From IMG/VR virus record IMGVR_UViG_2931680285_000001, positions 1 through 64,000 of that record: 64,000 nt of DNA; one strand, given 5' to 3'. This document shows, piece by piece, positions 27,218 through 36,767 of this stretch. This DNA comes from a virus (lineage: Duplodnaviria; Caudoviricetes). Position 1 is the first letter of the stretch, and the number at the start of each line of letters is the position of its first letter. The notes beneath the pieces are model-generated. The model saw only the letters and a program-made list of their open reading frames with translations, ran no database searches and was not told where the DNA came from. The translations under genes and the position numbers were made by a program.

Positions 27218-27544
27218 TCATACGGTGGGCCAGAGCCCGCGTCCGGTTGCCGGAACAGGGCGGGGCCTGGGCTCCGATGTAGCGGCAGGGAGTTCGATGG
27301 GGGCCGGGCGAAGGGAGCGCTGGCAGTCCGGACACAGCCGGTTCTCGTCGAGAGGGCCGTGCCACGGCCGGACGCCGGGCGCTGTCTCGGGGTCGGGCCG
27401 GCACTCCAACGGCACGGTGAACATCGCGGCGGCCGGGAGCTTCACGGTCGCCGCGGCGATGTGGAGTTCCAGGCGTCCGGCTGCCCTGACGATGAGCCGT
27501 CCGGGGCCCGCCGGCACCGTGGACTCGACGGCGAGCGCGCTCAT
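27218..27544 (-). CDS. hypothetical protein (108 aa)
   Basis: ATGA-coupled to upstream gene; H...C...CPDC. Confidence 0.5.
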   Translation of the reverse strand: MSALAVESTVPAGPGRLIVRAAGRLELHIAAATVKLPAAAMFTVPLECRPDPETAPGVRPWHGPLDENRLCPDCQRSLRPAPIELPAATSEPRPRPVPATGRGLWPTV

Positions 27545-27834
27545 GCTTCGGTGCCGGTCCGGACTACCGGCAGGGGGAGTCGCATGATGAAGACGTGTTG
27601 GCGCTGGCAGGCTGATCCGGCGACGAGCGTCCGGGTGCCCAACCACCAGGACCGCGAGAGGCGGCCGAGGCCGCAGGCGGGGCAGGTCACAGCGTCGCGG
27701 ACCTTCACCGCCGTGTTCGGCAGCGGTGGCGGGAAGATCGGGAACCCGGCGGCGAGGGCCAGGTTCTCGGCGGCCGGGGCCTGGAGCCGGATGTAGACGC
27801 GCTCGTCCTCGACGGGGGCGAAGGCGGTTGTCAT
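27541..27834 (-). CDS. hypothetical protein with CxxC (97 aa)
   Basis: ATGA overlaps both sides; GGGAGA RBS. Confidence 0.6.
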   Translation of the reverse strand: MTTAFAPVEDERVYIRLQAPAAENLALAAGFPIFPPPLPNTAVKVRDAVTCPACGLGRLSRSWWLGTRTLVAGSACQRQHVFIMRLPLPVVRTGTEA

Positions 27835-28469
27835 CGGTCTCCCTGCTTAGAGGGCACGGTGATGTGCGGGCGGGCGCCCTCCGGCGGCGCGGGGTCGTCT
27901 GTACGGAGCCGGAAGAGCCACATGCCGTCGCGGTCGGGCTTGTCCTCGCGCCGGTAGCGGACGGTGCCGTGACTGAGATACGCGGTGTCTCCCCAGACGA
28001 TGGGGAAGACCGCGAAGGCGGGGGGTCCGGCAATCCACTGGCTGGTGGAGAGGTGCCCGAGCGGGTCGCCAGGGTCCGGGTACGGGACCGACGGACCGTC
28101 GAGGGCCATCTCGACGCCGCGATACGGGCCGTTGACGAACCGGACGGCGTAGGGCCTCTTCGGTGCACGGCACGCTGCGGCATGGGCGATGCGCTGCTGG
28201 TCCTGCCACTCCATGACCTCTCGGGCCGTCGGGGACGGGGAGAAGTCGAGGATGCTTCGCAGGGCCGCCACCGCAGACAGAAGTTCGTGGTAGGCGACGT
28301 GCGGGAAGCCGGCGCGGAACCGGTGCCGGATGAGGGAGCAGGCGGCGTTCTCGGCGACGTCGGCCAGGTGCAGGTCCAGGACTTCGGGGGCAACCTGCTC
28401 GCCGCCCCGCGCGTACGCGGTGACGGCAGCGAGGATCGCGGGCGGGGTGCTCGCGAGGGTGGTGCTCAT
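27831..28469 (-). CDS. hypothetical protein (212 aa)
   Basis: AGGAGA RBS; FVNGPYRG motif. Confidence 0.65.
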   Translation of the reverse strand: MSTTLASTPPAILAAVTAYARGGEQVAPEVLDLHLADVAENAACSLIRHRFRAGFPHVAYHELLSAVAALRSILDFSPSPTAREVMEWQDQQRIAHAAACRAPKRPYAVRFVNGPYRGVEMALDGPSVPYPDPGDPLGHLSTSQWIAGPPAFAVFPIVWGDTAYLSHGTVRYRREDKPDRDGMWLFRLRTDDPAPPEGARPHITVPSKQGDR

Positions 28470-28497
28470 GGGAGGGGCATCTCCTGTGTGGTTCGGG

Positions 28498-29373
28498 CTA
28501 CTTCGGGGTGGGGACCGGGGTACCGGGGCGCAGGACCAGGCGGGAGAGCTTCCGGTTGCCGCGGTGGGCGTTCCAGGTGGTCACGAGGTAGGCGAGGTGC
28601 CGGGCCCAGGCGATCTGCCCCTCCTTGGCGCGCTCGGAGGTGACGCGGGCGCGGAGGGCGAGTATGGCGTGGCCGCTGGGGAGTTCGGCGCCGTCGCCGA
28701 GGCGCTGGAAGAACCAGGTGGCGGCGGCCGGGTCGATCGCGTTGAACAGGTGGTGCGCGGTGCCGAGCGCCGACGGCGGGATGTGCGGGAAGGCGGTGTA
28801 GGTCCGCAGCGCGATCTCGGCGGAGCGCCGAATCTCGGGGTGCTCGGCGAGGAGCGCCGTGGACTCAGCGGTGGTGGGGCGGCTGCGGCGGGTGAACTTG
28901 CGGTCGCCCTGCTTCCAGCCCCATACGCGACCGAGGATGGCGGCGACGGTGGTGGAGTTGTCCTCGTCGACCAGGGACAGGGCGTCGGCCACGGTGCGGC
29001 GCCGGCCGGAGTCCATCGTGGCCTGGGTCTCCGTGGGCAGGCCGCAGGTCATGAACGTGGTGACCGGCCGCTGGGCCTTCACGATCGCGTGGAGGCGGTG
29101 CTGGCCGTCGAGGACGTTGCCGCGCACGTCGAGCTTGATCGCCTCGCCGTTGAGCAGCCAGGTGCCGGACTCGATGTCGCGGGCATAGTCCTCGACGGCG
29201 GTCTGGCGCAGGGGCCGGTTGTGCTTGTTGCGGCGCAGGAGCCGGGCGGCGAGCTGGGGGTGGAGCTCGATCACGTGGGCGCTGGGGCCGCTGGTGTTCG
29301 CCATCAGGGCGTCCAGCTCCGAGAGCGTCATCGGGGTCAGGTACGCGGGCATGGCGACAGCAAGAGCCGACAT
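28498..29373 (-). CDS. ParB/Srx-like N-terminal domain protein (DGQHR)
   Basis: NRPL...YARDI..G.W..NGEAI......LDGQHRL. Confidence 0.75.
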   Translation of the reverse strand: MSALAVAMPAYLTPMTLSELDALMANTSGPSAHVIELHPQLAARLLRRNKHNRPLRQTAVEDYARDIESGTWLLNGEAIKLDVRGNVLDGQHRLHAIVKAQRPVTTFMTCGLPTETQATMDSGRRRTVADALSLVDEDNSTTVAAILGRVWGWKQGDRKFTRRSRPTTAESTALLAEHPEIRRSAEIALRTYTAFPHIPPSALGTAHHLFNAIDPAAATWFFQRLGDGAELPSGHAILALRARVTSERAKEGQIAWARHLAYLVTTWNAHRGNRKLSRLVLRPGTPVPTPK

Positions 29374-29482
29374 AAGAGGGGCATCTCCTTGTGCGGGATC
29401 ACAGGGTGGGCCTCCGGGTTGGAGTCCCGCCGTCTAGTACGCCGTCTGCCGGAATCTGTTACACCGGTTGGAAACGTGCAGG

Positions 29483-30019
29483 TCAGGGCTCTATCGGTGT
29501 GAGTTCGACGATGACCAGGGACATGCGGGCCCCGCCGCTCGGGACGGGGGGCCCGATCTCTGGGTAGGGCCCGGCGAGGTGGGTGGAGTTGTCGTCCGGG
29601 AGGAGCCCGGCGTCCACCAGGCCGTCGACGTACGCCTTCGCGCTCACGGACCAGTTCCCCGGGTCGCGGTTCCTCTTGATCGGCCGTGGGTGGAGGACGT
29701 AGAAGATGGCGGCCCGCTCCAGCTTCGGCAGGCCGCGGGCCCGCGCGGTCTCTGCCGCTTCCTGCCGCAGGCGCCGCTGCGCCCGGCACGCCGCCATGTG
29801 GTGGAGCCGCTGGTTGCTGGTCAGCAGCTCCCCGTACGGCATCAGGAGGGTCCACGACCGGCCGGCATCAGGCATCCGGGCGACAGCCTCGCGGAGATCC
29901 GGTGGCTCGGGCACCGAGCTCGGCCCGAGCGCTGCCCGCTTCCTGACCGGGAGGGGCGGGGTCGCCGCCTTCCTGGCCAGCCGCGCCCGGAGGCCGGTGA
30001 ACTCGTCCGGTCGCGCCAT
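29483..30019 (-). CDS. RusA-like Holliday junction resolvase
   Basis: TSNQR...RDPGN...KAYVDGLVDAGLLPDD. Confidence 0.75.
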   Translation of the reverse strand: MARPDEFTGLRARLARKAATPPLPVRKRAALGPSSVPEPPDLREAVARMPDAGRSWTLLMPYGELLTSNQRLHHMAACRAQRRLRQEAAETARARGLPKLERAAIFYVLHPRPIKRNRDPGNWSVSAKAYVDGLVDAGLLPDDNSTHLAGPYPEIGPPVPSGGARMSLVIVELTPIEP

Positions 30020-30392
30020 GCCTGGCATACGGCCCCCCGTGATCGCTCTGCCTCCTGATGAGGGGAACGGCAAAGGAGCTGCGGCTGTGACAGACCGAAC
30101 GATCGGAGGCCAGACCTGGGCGGGAAACCGGTGGCCACCAGGCCACACGGACCGTAGGGTTCTACCGAACGCCCCGGGGACCGCCTCTCAATGCGATGCA
30201 CCCCGGGGCACGGCTATGTCCCGCCTTCCGCGCGGCGGGACTAGGACGAGCCAGGCAGCATCCGTGCGCACGCAAGACGAGGGGGCCGGACGTTCGCCCG
30301 GAACCGCGGCAGATCATTCGTGAGGGCGGCCCCCGCCCACCGGTCCAGGCCGGAGGAAGGGGCCGCCCTCAAGGCAGGCTCGGGATCAGCGT

Positions 30393-30632
30393 TCAGGCGC
30401 GGGGATCAGCCGCACCGTCGCCCACGGCTCCGACGAAGGCGCTGAACGCCTGCGGGGTGAACTTGAGTCGGGGTCCGGTCGGTACCTTCGAGTCCCGGAC
30501 ATGGACCGCAGCATGCGTGAGGAGCGTGTTGGCGACCTCGACGCAGTTGCCGGTGCCGTCACTGCTGTAGGACGACTTGACCCAGGTGAAGTCGGTGTCG
30601 GTGTTCGGCGTAGTGGCCGGGCTGGTGTTGAT
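30393..30632 (-). CDS. DUF397 protein lacking a canonical start (ATC) - possible pseudogene
   Basis: FTWVKSSYS..GNCVEVA...VHVRDSK...F..F; only ATC in frame after AAAGGA RBS. Confidence 0.7.
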   Translation of the reverse strand: MNTSPATTPNTDTDFTWVKSSYSSDGTGNCVEVANTLLTHAAVHVRDSKVPTGPRLKFTPQAFSAFVGAVGDGAADPRA

Positions 30633-30638
30633 GGCCGT

Positions 30639-31535
30639 TCATCCTTTTGCTAGTTCGTGCAGGAACTCGATGGTCTTTTCGACCCCGAAGGCCAGACCGA
30701 CCATCGTGTCGAACCGGCGTTGGAACCGGTCGACTTCTCGGGGCTTGTCCGTGGTGCTGATCGCACCCCATGCATTATCGATCTGAACGCGGCTGGGCAG
30801 CTCTCCCAGGTCCAGAATGGCGAAGTCATGGGTCGAGCGGTACCCCGGCCCGAAGGGCAGTACCTGGATGGAGACGTGGTCCAACTCCGCGAGTCGGATG
30901 ATCTCGCGATACTGCGCGCGCATCACCTCCTTGCCACCGTACGGGATCCGCAGGGCTGCCTCCCCCAGGATGATCCTCAACCGTGCAGGCTCACGGCCCG
31001 GCGGATGGAAGACTCGGTGCTTGCGCTCCATCCGCACTTCGAGCTTGTTCCTGACCGACTCGGCAGTCGTGTCCTCCACCGGGCGATGGGTCTCCAGGAG
31101 GGCCCGCGCGTACTCCTCGGTCTGGAGCAGCACGTAGACGAGCATCGGGTGGTAGGCGATGATCCCTATGGCCTCAGCTTCGAGCCCCAAGTAGTGCGGC
31201 ATGCCCGCGGGCAAGAAGCGTGTGTGCGTCGTAAGCCACTCTTCCTTGGGTGACTCCCGGTTCAGCTCGACGAGGTAGTCCTCCAGCTCGGGGTCCGTGA
31301 CCTCGTACCGCCTCAGGAGAGCCTTCAGGTCGCCGACATTGCGTCGAAAGTTACTCTCCCCGCCTTCGATCCGAGCGAGCTTGGCCTCCGACATCTCCTT
31401 GAGGCCCCGGATGGCTTCCTTCCGGGTCATGCCCTTGACTCGCCCCGGTTCGACCGGCGGACAGTTCTCGCGAAGCGTCCTGAGCTGAATGCCGAGTTCC
31501 AGCCGCCGGCCGCTGGGACCTACCTTCGCCGCCAC
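30639..31535 (-). CDS. XRE regulator with DUF5753-type C-terminal domain (WhiJ/Scr1-like)
   Basis: LGIQLRTLRE...SEAKLARIEGG; LLQTEEYARA; ILGEAAL; IQVLPF; GTG after GGAGG. Confidence 0.85.
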   Translation of the reverse strand: MAAKVGPSGRRLELGIQLRTLRENCPPVEPGRVKGMTRKEAIRGLKEMSEAKLARIEGGESNFRRNVGDLKALLRRYEVTDPELEDYLVELNRESPKEEWLTTHTRFLPAGMPHYLGLEAEAIGIIAYHPMLVYVLLQTEEYARALLETHRPVEDTTAESVRNKLEVRMERKHRVFHPPGREPARLRIILGEAALRIPYGGKEVMRAQYREIIRLAELDHVSIQVLPFGPGYRSTHDFAILDLGELPSRVQIDNAWGAISTTDKPREVDRFQRRFDTMVGLAFGVEKTIEFLHELAKG

Positions 31536-31817
31536 CTGCGCACCTCCCCATCCCTCTCGTGCATGCGCCATGCCAGGTTGAGCAGAGTCTGACACCTCGT
31601 GAGCATGTCGCCCAACCCCCTGTGCATGCCACTGCATATTCCATTTCGGGCCTCTACTGAATTTTCAGCGGAGTCTCAGTTGCACACCAACCTGAGTGCC
31701 CGACAGGCTAGTTCAGCAGGAAGTTGCACGGAACTCCGGCGAGCTTCACGAGGGTGGTTGCGCCCTCCTCAGGCGACGGGTTCCCTCCCCCCTCCCCCTG
31801 ACGAAGCCGAGGCCGAG

Positions 31818-32588
31818 ATGAGCCAGAGCACCACCCGAGGTCGGCCGACCGCCGCACGGTGGATTCCGTCGGACTCGAACTTCGAGCGCGACACGAACGG
31901 CCCCTCCAAGGCCAACCGCCCCGTCCACTCTCCCCCCGCCCAGGTCCTCAGCGCCTTCGTTGGATCCGCTGAACCGCGTCCCCTCAGCACGCGGCGAGGA
32001 GGGCCTGAAATGCGGCTCGGCGTCGCCCTGACGGAGTACCTGGACCGGGCCGCGCACCTTTACGACGTGCCGCTGCACCCGCCCACCCCCGCATCACGCC
32101 AGGTCCACAGCACACCGTCGTGGATGGACGCGGAGCGGGAGTTCCACACGCGGTGGTGGCCGGAGCGGCTGGGCACCCTGCCAGATCCCTTCGTCCGGAT
32201 CGCCGCCGCGCGTCGAGACGCCCTCACCCGGCGACTGGAGGAGATCGAAGCACGGCGCCGCGTCCCCCGCGTCTGCCTCTACGCCGCTGGTCCATCCAAC
32301 CCTGGCCAGCGTGAAGCGCTGGACGGCGCCCGCGAGTTCGTCAACGCCAGGGGGTGGCGGATGAAGGGCGAGTGGAGCACCGACGTGTACGGCACCATCC
32401 CGGCTGACCGTGCGGGATGGAGCGAGATCGTACGCAAGATTCGAGGATGCTTCCTTGATGGCGTCGTGGTGCCGGCGTACGACGAGATCAGCCCCTACGC
32501 GGGCGAGTATGAGGTCCAGCTCAGGCGGGTCGACAGCGTGGGCGGGTTCGTCGTCTTGGTGTCCCCGGAGACGGGAGGCACCCGATGA
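31818..32588 (+). CDS. hypothetical protein with degenerate serine-resolvase-like domain (alternative start 32010)
   Basis: RVCLYA...Q...GW....D......DRAGW..........DGVVV, but no RxS catalytic motif. Confidence 0.55.
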   Translation: MSQSTTRGRPTAARWIPSDSNFERDTNGPSKANRPVHSPPAQVLSAFVGSAEPRPLSTRRGGPEMRLGVALTEYLDRAAHLYDVPLHPPTPASRQVHSTPSWMDAEREFHTRWWPERLGTLPDPFVRIAAARRDALTRRLEEIEARRRVPRVCLYAAGPSNPGQREALDGAREFVNARGWRMKGEWSTDVYGTIPADRAGWSEIVRKIRGCFLDGVVVPAYDEISPYAGEYEVQLRRVDSVGGFVVLVSPETGGTR

Positions 32589-33010
32589 GCACCCTCACCC
32601 AGGTCAGCTTGACCAAGACGGCGGTGGCCGCCGGACGCTTCGAGGTCGCCATGACGCCCGGCCTGGGGCGACCGGCGCAGGCCCGGCGGATGATCGCCGC
32701 CCACGCCCGTCTCTGGCGGTTGCCCGACGTGGCCACGGACTCCGCGATGCTGATCGCCTCGGAACTCGTGACCAACGCCGTCGTCCACGGCAGGGGCAGC
32801 GTCGGCTTACGCGTGGCCCTCGCAGACGGTGAGCTGCGCATCGAGGTCAGCGACGAAAGCTCCGTGGAGCCGCGGCTCAAGACCGCTGCCGACGACGACT
32901 TGAGCGGGCGCGGACTGTTCCTCGTGGCCGTGACCGCGCGAGACTGGGGCGTCATCAACAACGGTCGCACCGTCTGGGCTGTCCTGCCCGTGAAGGGCGG
33001 GGGTCGATGA
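32585..33010 (+). CDS. ATP-binding protein (HATPase_c, RsbW/AbaA-like); contains TTA
   Basis: SELVTNAVVHG, IEVSD, GRGLFLV, WG...RTVW. Confidence 0.9.
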   Translation: MSTLTQVSLTKTAVAAGRFEVAMTPGLGRPAQARRMIAAHARLWRLPDVATDSAMLIASELVTNAVVHGRGSVGLRVALADGELRIEVSDESSVEPRLKTAADDDLSGRGLFLVAVTARDWGVINNGRTVWAVLPVKGGGR

Positions 33011-33444
33011 TGCTGCTCGCCAGTAGTGACGAGACCACCATGACGCGGCTCCTGGCCTGTCTCGCCCGTGACGTGGTCGCCGAGGGCGTCGGGGACGATC
33101 TCGTGGCGACCCTCGACGAGATCTTGGTGACCGGTGGCGAACCGCCGGCCCCGTCCCGCGGTGGCCTGCTCTCCCGGCTCCCCTATCGTTGGCGGCGCGT
33201 GCACAAGAGCGGCGCCTCGTTCTCCGAGGGCGACGCAGCTCGACTGCTGTTCGAGCTCCAGCGGTCCACGAACTCCTTCATCGCCCTCGCGCGGCAGCGG
33301 ATCCTGCCGGAGCCCACGGGCCTGTTTGACCAGTTGCGCGGGTTCCATGACGGCAAGGCGGAGCCGGGCGATCTGGCCGGCTACCTCCGCCGCTACGCCC
33401 TGGCCTTCGTCGAACTCCTTGACCTGCTGGGAGACGACGAATGA
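33007..33444 (+). CDS. hypothetical protein (145 aa)
   Basis: ATGA-coupled; GYLRRYA C-terminal helix. Confidence 0.6.
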   Translation: MMLLASSDETTMTRLLACLARDVVAEGVGDDLVATLDEILVTGGEPPAPSRGGLLSRLPYRWRRVHKSGASFSEGDAARLLFELQRSTNSFIALARQRILPEPTGLFDQLRGFHDGKAEPGDLAGYLRRYALAFVELLDLLGDDE

Positions 33445-34577
33445 CGCGTGCTCCCCTCCCGAACGTCGGACCGCGTCCCCCGACGGTCCGACCGCCCGTC
33501 CGGCGCCGAGAGAACACGCCCCTCCCCCTCCTCGCAGGGGCGAAGCGACTCGGTGCCGGACGCGGCACCCTCTTGATCCGCGCGATCGGCTCCCTGAGGG
33601 GAGCCCGGCGTCGCCCCAGCCCGTCCACTCTGCTCATGTACCGCATCGCACGAGCCGACGAAGCCGCGCTCGGCGCCTTATTCCAGAAGAAGCCCCGATC
33701 CGACCGAGGAGTCGCCCCCGTGACCGCGTTGTCCCTCCCCATCCGGCAGATCAGCCTTGCCGCTCGTGAACGCGAGGCGTTGATGGGCGTGGCGCAGGGC
33801 CTGGACGTCCCCGCTGTCGCCGCCTCGCTCGGGATCGCGGCGGGCACGGTCACCAGCTATTTGAAATCGGCGAAGGCCAAGCTCCACGGTGTCCGCGAGA
33901 TCCCCTTCGCGCTTGCCGTCGCGTACGCCACCGACTCGATTCCCGCGCCCCGGCTCCGGGATGAGGTGCTCGACCTCCCGGTGGAGCAGAGCGAACTGAT
34001 CCCGCTGCTCGCGCAGGGTATGAAGCCGGTGCAGATCGCGCGGAAGCTGAACCGCGTCAGCAAAGACGTCCGGCAATTCGCCGCAGAGCTGCTCGTTTCC
34101 CTGGGCGCCCGCAACTACGCCCACGTCGTCACCCTGGCCTGGGAGCACCGCCTCCTGACTGCCGCCGACGTGACCGCTTGGCTTGTTCCCTCCTCCCCGA
34201 CGAGCCCGGCTGGCGAGCTGCGCGAGCGACTGGGCAAGATCATCGGCTGGGACATAACGGGGTCTGGACTGCCGGAGACCTTGACCATCGTCTCCATGGT
34301 CAAGGACCTGGTGCGCGAGGGCATCGGGCTCTACAACGAGGTGTCCCAGCTGACCTCGTCTATCCCCCGGGACTCCAAGGCGGCGCTCGAAGCAGCGGTG
34401 GTACTCGGCGACATCCGCCGACTCAGGCACGTCCCGCGGCTCACCACGCAGGTCGACGCTGCCGAGTACGCGCAGAACGTCGCGCGCGAGGTGACCGCCC
34501 TCCTCCTCATCCTGGGGATGGTGCAGCAGGAGCACGCGAGGCGGTCATCAGCAGACCGGGGCCTTCACCGCTCGTAA
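33441..34577 (+). CDS. LuxR-family regulator with two HTH domains (true start may be 33636 or later)
   Basis: LAAREREALMGVAQG...VAASLGIAAGTV and second LLAQGMKPVQIARKL...LGARN. Confidence 0.75.
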   Translation: MTRAPLPNVGPRPPTVRPPVRRRENTPLPLLAGAKRLGAGRGTLLIRAIGSLRGARRRPSPSTLLMYRIARADEAALGALFQKKPRSDRGVAPVTALSLPIRQISLAAREREALMGVAQGLDVPAVAASLGIAAGTVTSYLKSAKAKLHGVREIPFALAVAYATDSIPAPRLRDEVLDLPVEQSELIPLLAQGMKPVQIARKLNRVSKDVRQFAAELLVSLGARNYAHVVTLAWEHRLLTAADVTAWLVPSSPTSPAGELRERLGKIIGWDITGSGLPETLTIVSMVKDLVREGIGLYNEVSQLTSSIPRDSKAALEAAVVLGDIRRLRHVPRLTTQVDAAEYAQNVAREVTALLLILGMVQQEHARRSSADRGLHRS

Positions 34578-34728
34578 CGGCGTGAAGGCGGCGTCAGCGG
34601 GCGCCTCGGCCGCTCTCCGTGGGGGAAGGGCGGCCGACCCATTCCTTCCCCTGTCCCTGCGGGCTCGCCACCGGAGTCCAGGCAGGGCCCCCAACGTTCA
34701 TCATCCAGTCCGACCACAAGGACCGCCC

Positions 34729-35172
34729 ATGCGAACGTCCACCGCCATCCTCATCTCTGCCGGCGTCAGCGCCATCGGCATCGCCTTCTCGCACGTCCAG
34801 CACAGGCAGCGCCTCGAACTGGGGACCGCCGAGCTCCACCAGAACATGCTGGCGGACACGCTGCGCGACCCCGACCTGCTGGAACTGTGGCGCACGAAGG
34901 ACGAGACCCTGGAGAAGTTCAAGCGCTCCGTCGGCGCGAACCGGCAGCTCTCCTTCACCGCCCTGAAGTACCGCCTGGGCCTGCTCTCGCCCGAGACCCT
35001 GCGCGTCCAGACCGACAGCCTGATGCACCGGCGCGGCGTCCGCGAGCACTGGGAGCAGCACCAGAGCTTCAGGATGGCCGAGGCAGGCAGCCGGCGGGAT
35101 CGCGAATTCCTGACGGCCCTCGCCGCCTCGCACCAGGCGACCCAGGAGCTGGCGCCGCCGCCCGTCGGCTGA
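34729..35172 (+). CDS. DUF6082-like protein
   Basis: N-terminal TM, LH...DPDL..LW...AN...REHW. Confidence 0.65.
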   Translation: MRTSTAILISAGVSAIGIAFSHVQHRQRLELGTAELHQNMLADTLRDPDLLELWRTKDETLEKFKRSVGANRQLSFTALKYRLGLLSPETLRVQTDSLMHRRGVREHWEQHQSFRMAEAGSRRDREFLTALAASHQATQELAPPPVG

Positions 35173-35285
35173 GCCTCCGTCTCCCCACAGTCAGCCCTCC
35201 GCGCGGCCTGCCCTCGACGGCGCCGTGCGGAGGGCCCCCAGCTCCGTTGCGGCCCGATGCAGGCCGTCTCGTCAGGGAGGTTGCA

Positions 35286-35447
35286 GTGACGCCTTGGGGT
35301 GCCGTCATCGCCTTGGGCCTGCTCGCCGCGTTCGCCTTTCTCGTCGAAGTCGGCCCTCGGCTACGTGGTCGGCCTCCCTCTGTCCCCCTTGAAGTGCCGC
35401 CCTCGACGGACACCTGCGCGCGCAGCGAGCAACGAGAGGAGTCCTGA
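35286..35447 (+). CDS. small membrane protein (53 aa)
   Basis: GGAGG RBS, one hydrophobic helix. Confidence 0.5.
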   Translation: MTPWGAVIALGLLAAFAFLVEVGPRLRGRPPSVPLEVPPSTDTCARSEQREES

Positions 35448-35449
35448 TC

Positions 35450-36100
35450 ATGTCCCCGTTCCCTTTGACGTACCAGGGCATGCCTGTGCCCCTGGTCGCC
35501 AGATGGACGACAGAGCGAGACGTCACGCCTCTTGTCGTGGCCCGTGACTTCGGCATCGGCTTCCGCGATGACCACGACGATCACATCTCGCGCGACCGCT
35601 GGCACGTGCTGTGGAAGCGGTGGACGGTCAGCCGGGGGGTGGGCCAGCCGGTCCTCAGCGGAGGGCACCCCTCCCGGCAGCGGCGCGCGATGCTCGACAT
35701 GCTCTGCCAGTTCTGCTTTCTGCCGGCAGAGGACACCATCCTCGGCACCCTGTTCCTCTTGGGCGATACCACCCGCTCGGGCCTCCGAGGCCCGGTAAGG
35801 GACGGCGAGATCACTTCGACCCCTCCCGTGCACCTGGCATGTGCACTCTCGGCGGTCGAGCTTTCTCCCGACCGGCTCAAGGGTCTTACCGCCGCGCGAG
35901 TGAAGGCAGCGTTGCCATGGGGGGTGATCGGCACCCGATACAAGATCGCCAGGCCCTTTCCGGTCGCGGAGCCGGACCTGACGTCGATGAGCTACGACAA
36001 CGACAACATCAGGTTCATGCTCGCCCAACAGGCGCTCGTGGAGCTCCATGGGTGCGAGCCGGTTGACCTCGTCGAGGAAGCCCGGAATGCCTGCCCCTGA
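35450..36100 (+). CDS. hypothetical phage protein
   Basis: GAGGAG RBS; HPSRQRRAM...LCQFC...PPVHLACA. Confidence 0.7.
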   Translation: MSPFPLTYQGMPVPLVARWTTERDVTPLVVARDFGIGFRDDHDDHISRDRWHVLWKRWTVSRGVGQPVLSGGHPSRQRRAMLDMLCQFCFLPAEDTILGTLFLLGDTTRSGLRGPVRDGEITSTPPVHLACALSAVELSPDRLKGLTAARVKAALPWGVIGTRYKIARPFPVAEPDLTSMSYDNDNIRFMLAQQALVELHGCEPVDLVEEARNACP

Positions 36101-36743
36101 TTTCGCACCGCCCAGTGAGCGAGATGATCGCTCCCAGCTCCGACCTGTGACCGGTCCAGATGAGCCGCTGCTCGTCGTCCTCCGCCAGGAACTGCGCGAC
36201 GGTACCTGGCGGGCGGGCACCGTCCGGACCCTTGCCGGGCTGCGAGACCGGTTCGGCACCGCGCAGCTCACTGTCCAGGCAGCGATCCGCGTGCTCCGCG
36301 GTGAGGGGCTGGTGGTGTTCGAGGGCTACAAGGCCGTACGAGCTGCCCGTCCTGGTACACGGCCCCCGATGGGCGCCCGCACCGTTTCCGACCTCATCGC
36401 CATGACGATCCGCAAGCGCATCGACGACCGCACGTATCCCCCGGACTCCCCCCTGCCCAGGCAGATGATCTTGGCCGACGAGTTCGACACTTCGCCGGCC
36501 ACCGTCCGCCTGCCGATCACCCAGCTTCTCCTGGAGGGCCGACTTCGTCGGCACCTGCCGTACGAGACGCCGGGAACGTACGTCGTCAACCACGAACGGA
36601 AGCAACGCGAGGACCGTCTCTTCGCCACGCTGCTCCAGACCCTTCAGACCGACGGCTGGAGCCGCAGCGAGTTCCCCGACGCCGTCGCCCACGCGATGCA
36701 CAACCTCCTGGGCGCTCCGCCCACGCCTGCGAGACCACGGTAG
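36087..36743 (+). CDS. GntR-family regulator with two winged-HTH domains
   Basis: LRDGTW...LRDRFGTAQLTVQAAIRVL and IDDRTYPPDSPLP...LADEFDTSPATVR. Confidence 0.75.
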   Translation: MPAPDFAPPSERDDRSQLRPVTGPDEPLLVVLRQELRDGTWRAGTVRTLAGLRDRFGTAQLTVQAAIRVLRGEGLVVFEGYKAVRAARPGTRPPMGARTVSDLIAMTIRKRIDDRTYPPDSPLPRQMILADEFDTSPATVRLPITQLLLEGRLRRHLPYETPGTYVVNHERKQREDRLFATLLQTLQTDGWSRSEFPDAVAHAMHNLLGAPPTPARPR

Positions 36744-36767
36744 AACCCCCGTCCCGGAGAGAGCACA

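Noticed and set aside
29470-29490. GCAGGTCA intergenic motif (also 61343, variants near 7048 and 11020)
   Set aside because: Short, few copies, and common in actinobacterial intergenic DNA; no consistent position
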